Source: a virus (taxonomy: Duplodnaviria; Heunggongvirae; Uroviricota; Caudoviricetes). From it: a stretch of 8,058 nucleotides of DNA. The DNA lies in IMG/VR virus record IMGVR_UViG_2585427776_000015, positions 1-8,058 of that record; one strand, written 5' to 3'. Every line of letters begins with the position of its first letter. The first letter of the stretch is position 1. The translations under genes were made by a program, and so were the position numbers. Positions 1 through 7,653 of the stretch are shown here, piece after piece. The notes under the pieces are model-generated. The model was not told where the DNA came from, made no database searches, and was given only the letters and a program-made list of their open reading frames with translations.

Positions 1-544
1 ATGGAAGTCAACAAAAAGCAGCTGGCTGACATTTTCGGTGCGAGTATCCGTACCATTCAGAACTGGCAGGAACAGGGAATGCCCGTTCTGCGAGGCGGTG
101 GCAAGGGTAATGAGGTGCTTTATGACTCTGCCGCCGTTATAAAATGGTATGCCGAAAGGGATGCTGAAATTGAGAACGAAAAGCTGCGCCGGGAGGTTGA
201 AGAACTGCGGCAGTCCAGCGAGGCAGATCTCCAGCCAGGGACTATTGAGTACGAACGCCATCGACTTACGCGTGCGCAGGCCGACGCACAGGAACTGAAG
301 AATGCCAGAGACTCCGCTGAAGTGGTGGAAACCGCATTCTGTACTTTCGTGTTGTCGCGGATCGCAGGTGAAATTGCCAGTATTCTCGACGGGATCCCCC
401 TGTCGGTGCAGCGGCGTTTTCCGGAACTGGAAAACCGACATGTTGATTTCCTGAAACGGGATATCATCAAAGCCATGAACAAAGCAGCCGCGCTGGATGA
501 ACTGATACCTTACCGAAATCGGTACGGATACCGCGAAAGAGCAG

Positions 545-552
<8 letters not shown>
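1..552 (+). CDS. nu1: Phage terminase small subunit, lambda gpNu1-like; last ~10 residues diverge (deletion junction)
   Basis: 183-aa ORF; first ~170 aa (MEVNKKQLADIFGASIRTIQNWQEQGMPV...KAMNKAAALDELIP) match lambda Nu1 as I recall it, including the N-terminal HTH region. The tail (YRNRYGYRERADL) is not Nu1-like. ATG is at window position 1. Confidence 0.8.
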
Positions 553-1748
<1,196 letters not shown>

Positions 1749-1759
1749 TGAGCCGCTGA

Positions 1760-2227
1760 TGCTTGAACCCGCCTATTGCACCACCAGATATTCCGGCAGG
1801 CTTCGTGGCTGTTTTCAACAGTGATGAGGCATCGTGGCATCTCGTTGAAGACCATCGGGGTAAAACGGTTTATGACGTGGCTTCCGGCGACGCGTTATTT
1901 ATTTCTGAACTCGGTCCGTTACCGGAAAATGTTACCTGGTTATCCCCGGAAGGGGAGTTTCAGAAGTGGAACGGCACAGCCTGGGTGAAGGATACGGAAG
2001 CAGAAAAACTGTTCCGGATCCGGGAGGCGGAAGAAACAAAAAACAGCCTGATGCAGGTAGCCAGTGAGCATATTGCGCCGCTTCAGGATGCTGCAGATCT
2101 GGAAATCGCAACGGAGGAAGAAACCTCGTTGCTTGAAGCCTGGAAGAAGTATCGGGTGTTGCTGAATCGTGTTGATACATCAACTGCACCTGATATTGAG
2201 TGGCCCGCAATCCCTGTTATGGAATAA
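1760..2227 (+). pseudogene. tfa: Tail fiber assembly protein (Tfa) C-terminal fragment with no credible native start
   Basis: Translation ...[88 protein letters not shown]...[11 protein letters not shown] matches the C-terminal ~150 aa of lambda Tfa from memory. The frame opens just after a stop at 1757-1759, and the only in-frame start is a TTG at 1763 with no RBS. Confidence 0.75.
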
Positions 2228-2587
2228 TAGTTTTGTGATATGCCGCAGAAACGTTATATGCAATAACGTGCTGCGGTTGGCTGATGTACTTTCGAGAGTG
2301 TATTGAATAATTTCCAACCGTCATTAATTTTATTTATTTTTTGTATGAGAGGATTTGAACCTCCGAGCCTCGACACCTTATGACAACGCGATATTGCCTT
2401 GATGACCGCCATGTGCCAAAATAACCAATTGATAAATAAGTTGATTTTAATTGGTTGGAAGCAAGTCAGGTCAAATTCAGCATTCCGCTCTCTGTATCGG
2501 ATAGTTAAATTTTTCTATAACTGATAGTAATATGTTAAAACTCACACAGATAAATTATCATTGCTCAACAAGTATAATGGAGTTCCC
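2228..2587 (+). promoter_or_regulatory. Non-coding, AT-rich leader and putative promoter region of the McrB-like operon; contains two palindromes
   Basis: 360 bp with no ORF. Interrupted palindrome at 2243-2276 (ccgcagaaacgttat / ataacgtgctgcgg). Inverted repeat AACCAATT (2423-2430) / AATTGGTT (2449-2456) around two direct TTGAT. GGAG at 2579-2582 sits 5 nt before GTG 2588. I cannot place the -35/-10 boxes reliably. Confidence 0.3.
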
Positions 2588-4543
2588 GTGGATACAGCAG
2601 AACATGATGGCAAGTTTGCTTGGGCTAGTTTTTATGAGGCTTTTGCCAACGCGTTACTGACTTGGCGAAATCGTAGAGATGAATTAGTCAAAGGTATTCA
2701 TCTAATTGCCCCGGGTGTGGAAGGAATGTCCCATCTGCAGGACAAATCTATTATGGGAGAGATCTTTCCCTTAAAAGACATTTGTCCGTTTACTACTATG
2801 GGCTTGTTCAATCGTAACTTGACCGACAGCAATCGCAAAATTATTGCTGCCAAGCTAGCGAATTTGTTGGGCGTGAACGAACCGATTCCTGACTCCTTTG
2901 CCGGAATCCCTCTGTTGAATAACCAAAAATCTTGGTTCTTTGGTTATGAAAAGTCACGCGACCCTAATGACATTGAATGCTTGTGGGAAATGTTCTCACA
3001 GGCAATGACCTTTGCGGATAACCAGAATACTAACTCTGCAGACTTCACTGCCGCATATGACATCGCTTCTACAGTAATGAATGTCGGTTGGAATCTCACC
3101 ATGGGGTTGTACTGGACCCGTCCTTGGTTCTACCCCACTTTAGATAGCCAGTCGCAGTATTACATTCAGACAGTGTTAAACATTAAGATCATTAAAAACG
3201 GGGCAAAAGGTCGCTGTAGTGGACAAAGTTACCTGAGTCTTATGCGGGCGCTGAACGAGGTCTTTACCCAACCAAACTATCCGGTTCATTCTTTCCCAGA
3301 ACTTTCCTTATCAGCGTGGAATACAGATCTTAGCCAGTCTAAAGATGAGGTGGCAAATAGAACGTGGAAAGCCTCTTTACTGAATAAAATTAAGGCGTTA
3401 TGCCTGAAAAAAAATGGCCCTTATTTCACTGCTTCGGAGTTGGAAGAAAACTACTTGGACGTTTTCAAGGTAGAGCATCCTGAGAGCAAAACTGTTACAA
3501 GCTCAATCTACTTTTATCTACAGAAACTATGCAATGATGATGAGTTAAAGTCCCTCGAGTCCGGAAATTATGAATACCTGAATTTTGAGAAAAACGAATC
3601 CCAGACGATAACTGAGGAAACTGTCGAAGAGAGTGCGCTGTCGCCAAAACTCACCCACGTTCCTTATGACATCAGTCATCTGGTGCAGGATGGCTGTTTC
3701 TTGGAAGAGGCTAAGATCCAACTCACACTTCAGCGCCTGATCGACAAGAAAAACCTGATATTACAAGGACCACCCGGAACTGGAAAAACTTGGTTAGCGC
3801 GACGTCTGGCGTACTGCTTGATGGGAGAAAAAGCACCTGAGCGTATTAGCGCGGTGCAATTTCACCCGAACCTCTCTTACGAAGACTTTATTCGCGGCTG
3901 GCGTCCAGGTAAAGAAGGGCAATTGACGCTAATTGATGGACCTTTTGTAAATGCAATCAAAACTGCAGTCAATAATCCTACCTCGAAATATGTGGTGATA
4001 ATTGAAGAGATTAATCGTGGCAATCCGGCGCAAATCTTCGGTGAAACACTCACGTTGATGGAAGCAGATAAACGCACGCCGACTGAGGCATTATCTCTTT
4101 CCTATCCTAAAAATGCTGATGAAAAAATATACATTCCTGAGAATCTATATATCATCGGTACGATGAATATTGCAGACCGCTCACTCGCACTACTTGACCT
4201 AGCGCTGCGCCGTCGTTTCGCGTTTATCGATCTAAAGCCAGCTTTTAATGACGCGTGGAGAAACTGGGTAAATTATAATTACGCAATTGATTTTGACATG
4301 TTAGCATTCATCAAATCTCGACTGACGGTATTAAACGATATGCTGGCAAAAGATGTTACCTTAGGACCACAGTTTTGTATCGGTCACAGCTATGTCACCC
4401 CAGCTATCGGCCAAAAAATCAACGATGCCCAGGCTTGGTATGAACAAGTCGTTGATACAGAGATCTGCCCTTTGCTCGCCGAATATTGGTTCGATGCTCC
4501 AAATAAAGTCGATGAAGCCAGAAAAGTGTTATTAGCAAAATGA
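2588..4543 (+). CDS. McrB-family AAA+ GTPase with an N-terminal ~380-390 aa region of unknown family (Type IV restriction motor / specificity subunit homolog)
   Basis: C-terminal ~270 aa carry Walker A GPPGTGKT (3766-3789), Walker B-like VVIIEEINR (3993-4019), the McrB signature MNxxDRS (MNIADRS, 4163-4183) and RRRF, and align throughout with E. coli McrB from memory (ILQGPPGVGKTFVARRLAY..., YIIGLMNTADRSLAVVDYALRRRF). The N-terminal region shows no similarity I can recognise. The open frame begins at TTG 2561 (no RBS); GTG 2588 is preferred because of the GGAG 5 nt upstream; the first in-frame ATG is about codon 56. Confidence 0.85.
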   Translation: MDTAEHDGKFAWASFYEAFANALLTWRNRRDELVKGIHLIAPGVEGMSHLQDKSIMGEIFPLKDICPFTTMGLFNRNLTDSNRKIIAAKLANLLGVNEPIPDSFAGIPLLNNQKSWFFGYEKSRDPNDIECLWEMFSQAMTFADNQNTNSADFTAAYDIASTVMNVGWNLTMGLYWTRPWFYPTLDSQSQYYIQTVLNIKIIKNGAKGRCSGQSYLSLMRALNEVFTQPNYPVHSFPELSLSAWNTDLSQSKDEVANRTWKASLLNKIKALCLKKNGPYFTASELEENYLDVFKVEHPESKTVTSSIYFYLQKLCNDDELKSLESGNYEYLNFEKNESQTITEETVEESALSPKLTHVPYDISHLVQDGCFLEEAKIQLTLQRLIDKKNLILQGPPGTGKTWLARRLAYCLMGEKAPERISAVQFHPNLSYEDFIRGWRPGKEGQLTLIDGPFVNAIKTAVNNPTSKYVVIIEEINRGNPAQIFGETLTLMEADKRTPTEALSLSYPKNADEKIYIPENLYIIGTMNIADRSLALLDLALRRRFAFIDLKPAFNDAWRNWVNYNYAIDFDMLAFIKSRLTVLNDMLAKDVTLGPQFCIGHSYVTPAIGQKINDAQAWYEQVVDTEICPLLAEYWFDAPNKVDEARKVLLAK

Positions 4544-5661
4544 CGACAATAACCGGGAGTGAGCAACATACAGCATCACGTATTCCCATGCGAAATATCT
4601 GGATGCTGATGCTGTACGCTTCAGATCTGTTTCGCCAGTTAGGGCGCAATCAGATCGCAGTAGAAGATAACCCAGCAGAAATCCCCGACCTGGTGGCGAC
4701 AATCCTCCTTCATGAGATTACGCTGCGCCGACGTCGCAATTTAAATATGGGATACCAAACTTGTCATGCGGCCCTGAACCGGGTGAGAGGGCGCATTGAC
4801 ATACTGTATACTGCCAGTCATCAACTGCTGGAACGGGGACAGGTTGCCTGCCATTTTCAAGACATAACCCTCAACACCCCCCGAAATCGCTATGTTCGCT
4901 GTGCGTTAGAACGTCTGGCCTCAATCATAGTGAAACCGTCTTTGGCGGCAGATTGCCATTTTATGGCAATATCACTTCGCCGTGAGGGGATAAATGGAGG
5001 ATATCCTGCCCCCCACGAATTACCCTCAGTGTGGCGTTTTGGACGCCATGATGCCGCAGATAAACCGATGGTCGATGCCGCACGATTAGCTTTTGAACTG
5101 CTGATGCCGACCGAAGATCAAGGCCAATATCTTTTACCTGCGCCCTCAAATAACCTTTACTGGATGAGAAGACTATTTGAAAAAGGTATCGCTGGCTTAT
5201 ATCGTGTACACCTTGACAAAACAACTTGGCAGGTCTCTGCAGGGAAAGAGCTGAAATGGGCGTTGAGCGATCAAAGTGCAGGTAGTGCAGAGATTTTCCC
5301 GACAATGAAGTCAGACATTATTCTGGAACACAAGACTGCCCAGCGGCGTATTATTATCGATACCAAATTTAATTCGATTCTGACAAAGGGTTGGCATCGG
5401 GAGCAATCACTACGTAATGGCTATATTTATCAGCTATATACCTACCTTAGAACACAGGAGAACAAGACGGATCCGCTTTCGCTCAATGCCGCTGGTCTTC
5501 TACTTCATCCAGCTGTTGGCTATATGCTTAATGAGTATGTTGTCACTCAGGGACATAAGATCCATTTTGCTACAGTAGATATGACGGTAGATGCTAAAGC
5601 AATTAAAAAACAATTGCTGGCAATAGCCCATGATTGTGCAGGAGTCGCGGTTGATGACTAA
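4540..5661 (+). CDS. McrC-family PD-(D/E)xK endonuclease subunit (373 aa), translationally coupled to the McrB-like gene
   Basis: Start ATG overlaps the upstream stop (ATGA at 4540-4543). N-terminus IPMRNIWMLMLYAS resembles E. coli McrC IPVRNIYYMLTYAW. Nuclease core SDIILEHK...RRIIIDTKFNS (D259 at 5314-5316; D274-T-K276 at 5359-5367) parallels McrC ETDITI...ILIVDAKYY. The following NGYIYQLYTYL resembles McrC QNLYQLMNYL. Confidence 0.85.
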   Translation: MTTITGSEQHTASRIPMRNIWMLMLYASDLFRQLGRNQIAVEDNPAEIPDLVATILLHEITLRRRRNLNMGYQTCHAALNRVRGRIDILYTASHQLLERGQVACHFQDITLNTPRNRYVRCALERLASIIVKPSLAADCHFMAISLRREGINGGYPAPHELPSVWRFGRHDAADKPMVDAARLAFELLMPTEDQGQYLLPAPSNNLYWMRRLFEKGIAGLYRVHLDKTTWQVSAGKELKWALSDQSAGSAEIFPTMKSDIILEHKTAQRRIIIDTKFNSILTKGWHREQSLRNGYIYQLYTYLRTQENKTDPLSLNAAGLLLHPAVGYMLNEYVVTQGHKIHFATVDMTVDAKAIKKQLLAIAHDCAGVAVDD

Positions 5662-6017
5662 CCATCCTATAGGGCACTGGCTGTAATATAATCAATAGTT
5701 TCAATTAAGTAGCTGTTATCCGTGCTTAGTCATCATATGACGCACCACGGTCTAATTTTCCTGCTCATACATTGATATATCCTTGTCGTGCCCGGAAAGT
5801 CGCAGTCCACTATGAGGTATACCGATTGCCAGCACCAAAAGCTTCTTTGTGATTATTATATCGGGGAATGCCTATTTTTTTAGTGACAATATCAGATAGC
5901 AATTAATAAGCGGTGCCGGTAATGGATGTTATGTTTAATGTATAGACACAGCCATCATAAACTAAACGTCTGTTGTTCGCTCATAACCGACATTTATCTC
6001 AGTTATGGAGGATAATT

Positions 6018-6098
6018 ATGTATGCAGATAATGGGGCAGACAGTCGTGGAGTAAACAAGGTTTTGCACTGCTTGGCGGCATCGTTATCTTATTTTTAA
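6018..6098 (+). CDS. Hypothetical 26-aa small protein (MYADNGADSRGVNKVLHCLAASLSYF), speculative
   Basis: Consensus Shine-Dalgarno GGAGG (6007-6011) sits 6 nt upstream of the ATG, inside otherwise ORF-free AT-rich DNA. The C-terminal half is hydrophobic. There is no homology evidence; the call rests on the RBS only. Confidence 0.2.
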   Translation: MYADNGADSRGVNKVLHCLAASLSYF

Positions 6099-6141
6099 TT
6101 ATGTGCCTCTTAACATAAGTTGGGACAAAACAGAGACACAT

Positions 6142-6173
6142 AAGGTCTCACAAAGGTCTGCAAGGCCTCACAT
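6142..6173. repeat. Three tandem imperfect ~10-bp direct repeats (AAGGTCTCACA / AAGGTCTGCA / AGGCCTCACA)
   Basis: Read directly from the sequence at 6142-6152, 6153-6162 and 6163-6172. Spacing is one helical turn, as expected for an iterated protein-binding site. Confidence 0.5.
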
Positions 6174-6361
6174 GTATTGAGATGTTAATAAAATGTAGAC
6201 TTGTAATTTGGATATAAATGGTAGAGAAAACCTTTCCCCAAAATAAAAACGAACGTCAATGAAATCAAACGGTTGAATAAAGTTAATTTTGGCTAATAAA
6301 AAGACAATAAAATAATTTTTATCATTAAATATCAATGACTTGAATTCATGGTTTTTATATA

Positions 6362-6526
6362 CTGCTGCGCCATATGGGTTGGACTGAAGCGGCTGACCTG
6401 ATTGTTAAAGGTATGGAAGGCGCAATCAATGCCAAGACCGTAACTTATGACTTCGAACGTCTGATGGAAGGCGCTAAGCTGCTGAAATGTTCAGAGTTTG
6501 GTGAAGCGATCATCGAAAACATGTAA
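6362..6526 (+). pseudogene. icdC: icd 3' fragment: last 54 codons of isocitrate dehydrogenase plus stop, the duplicated attachment region (icdC-like)
   Basis: In-frame translation [54 protein letters not shown] matches the Icd C-terminus from memory. Homology begins abruptly at 6362, after AT-rich non-icd DNA. 165 bp, no start codon and no upstream icd sequence. Confidence 0.85.
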
Positions 6527-6549
6527 TCTCTCCATGTGTTAAATATTGA

Positions 6550-6581
6550 AACGGGCGTATAACACGCCCGTTGTTTTATTT
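6550..6581 (+). terminator. Rho-independent terminator downstream of the icd 3' fragment
   Basis: 9-bp GC-rich stem (6550-6558 / 6564-6572, aacgggcgt..acgcccgtt) with a 5-nt loop, followed by a T-rich run (gttttattta), 24 nt after the icd stop. Confidence 0.6.
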
Positions 6582-6628
6582 ATGTGGATATTATTAATAG
6601 CATATCGAGCATATTTATATGAAGCCCA

Positions 6629-6952
6629 TTACTTGAGCCCATATGGGCATATTTTTATAATGCAACTATTATGTAAACATTTATTTGTTATTTTGCTTTC
6701 TCCTGGAGGACACTCTTGACTGCTTTTGAGTAAACTCCATAAATCCTTGTTGAATGGTGCGATGTGATAAATAGTAATAGGATATTCTTTATCCTTAAGG
6801 ATAATACCAGACTTAACCGGTGTAAATATACTGCCAGGAGGGAGAAATATAGTAGATTGATACCAGATGATCATTTTCATATTACCCCATATGGCTGAAA
6901 AAGATATACCACATGTAGGTTGAATTACCGTGTCAATTACTATCCACTTCAT
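6629..6952 (-). CDS. iraM: Anti-adaptor protein IraM-like (RssB inhibitor that stabilises RpoS), 107 aa
   Basis: 107-aa [46 protein letters not shown]... matches IraM (YcgW) in length and N-terminus as I recall it. Position and orientation, immediately after icdC and on the opposite strand, match the E. coli K-12 order icdC-iraM-ycgX. AT-rich gene with a long AT-rich upstream region. Confidence 0.7.
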   Translation of the reverse strand: MKWIVIDTVIQPTCGISFSAIWGNMKMIIWYQSTIFLPPGSIFTPVKSGIILKDKEYPITIYHIAPFNKDLWSLLKSSQECPPGESKITNKCLHNSCIIKICPYGLK

Positions 6953-7029
6953 TTGTTATGTCTTATCCCACGGTATTTAATATGGTTCATTAGGATGTTT
7001 ATTTCTTGATTTTGCATATGAGTATATTA

Positions 7030-7039
7030 CCCCCCCCCC
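7030..7039. repeat. C10 homopolymer followed by an A7 run, in the iraM-like upstream region
   Basis: Read directly: attaCCCCCCCCCCtcAAAAAAAt. It lies 78-87 bp upstream of the iraM-like start codon on the opposite strand. Confidence 0.9.
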
Positions 7040-7415
7040 TCAAAAAAATAAATTAATTAAAATGATGGCTTATATAAAATAAAATTTAAAGCAAGGAATC
7101 TCAATGGATGTTAAACAAAATGAGATTTTGTGAAAGCAATAAATTATTGACTTCGTTTTAGATTTGTTTAGCTATAATGTTATACATTCAAATGACTGAA
7201 CATCCTGTAATTAAAACATAGCCTTTATGCTACTTTGTGCCAATTTGCTAAACATTATGGTTGCCTTTTTATATAACGATAATAATGAATATAAGCATGA
7301 CATGAGAATAAGGTTTCAATTTTTGAGTTATATAGGAATGATTTAACCTGTTCCTGGCTAAAATACATATAACCGGATGATGACTAAACCAAAATACATG
7401 TGCGTTAAGTATTGA

Positions 7416-7447
7416 AACGGACGTGTGGCACGGCCGTTGTTTTTATA
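7416..7447 (+). terminator. Second, degenerate copy of the icd-terminator element: hairpin plus T-run with no + strand gene upstream
   Basis: Stem 7416-7425 / 7429-7438 (aacggacgtg..cacggccgtt, one mismatch) followed by gtttttata. The flanks (catgtgcgttaagtattgaaacgg...) are homologous to 6536-6585 (catgtgttaaatattgaaacgg...). Confidence 0.35.
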
Positions 7448-7653
7448 AATATGTTAACCGTTATAAAATAACGTATCAAAAGTCAAGTGATCACATTTCA
7501 AATATCAAGTTGATAGTATTAGTCTGGTGATTATTTATGGGTGACAATAAAAAGACAGTATTAATCATCCATAGAGATAGTCTCTGCACTTTTATTTCCA
7601 TTATGCTAATGCCTTACTGAATTATGAAGCATTTCTTAAGTATCCAACTTTAG

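Noticed and set aside
120-482. 120-aa minus-strand ORF inside the Nu1 gene
   Set aside because: Antisense to a clearly homologous phage gene, with no RBS and an arginine/serine-rich composition typical of the shadow frame of GC-rich coding DNA.
1776-2210. ORFs 1776-1988 (+) and 1932-2210 (-) overlapping the tfa fragment
   Set aside because: Alternative-frame and antisense ORFs over sequence whose reading frame is set by Tfa homology.
2219-2300. Pin/Gin-type invertase crossover site at the end of the tail-fibre region, as in e14, Mu and P1
   Set aside because: No invertase gene is present in the window, and the palindrome at 2243-2276 does not resemble the gix/hix-type 26-bp sites as I recall them. 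No inverted duplicate of it occurs elsewhere in the window.
2341-2377. tRNA-like 3' end on the minus strand (ggaggTTCAAATcctct T-arm-like motif), which could indicate a tRNA gene or tRNA-type att site
   Set aside because: Only a T-arm-like stem-loop is present. There is no matching 5' acceptor strand, no D or anticodon arm upstream, and no encoded CCA. At most it is a short tRNA-like remnant; the real attachment signature in this window is the icd fragment.
2588-3760. Internal in-frame start producing a short McrB-s-like isoform lacking the N-terminal domain, as in E. coli McrB
   Set aside because: No in-frame ATG or GTG with a plausible RBS is evident in the 60 codons preceding the Walker A motif, so nothing in the sequence supports a second isoform.
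3877-4649. Minus-strand ORFs 3877-4077 and 4419-4649 inside the McrB-like gene and the McrB/McrC junction
   Set aside because: Antisense to conserved AAA+ motifs and to the coupled junction, with no RBS; most likely spurious.
4961-5305. 114-aa minus-strand ORF inside the McrC-like gene
   Set aside because: Antisense to the conserved McrC core just upstream of the PD-(D/E)xK motif; no supporting signals.
6142-6173. Possible CRISPR array suggested by the tandem repeats
   Set aside because: The repeats are about 10 bp, directly abutting with no spacers and only three copies. This does not fit CRISPR architecture, and no cas genes are present.
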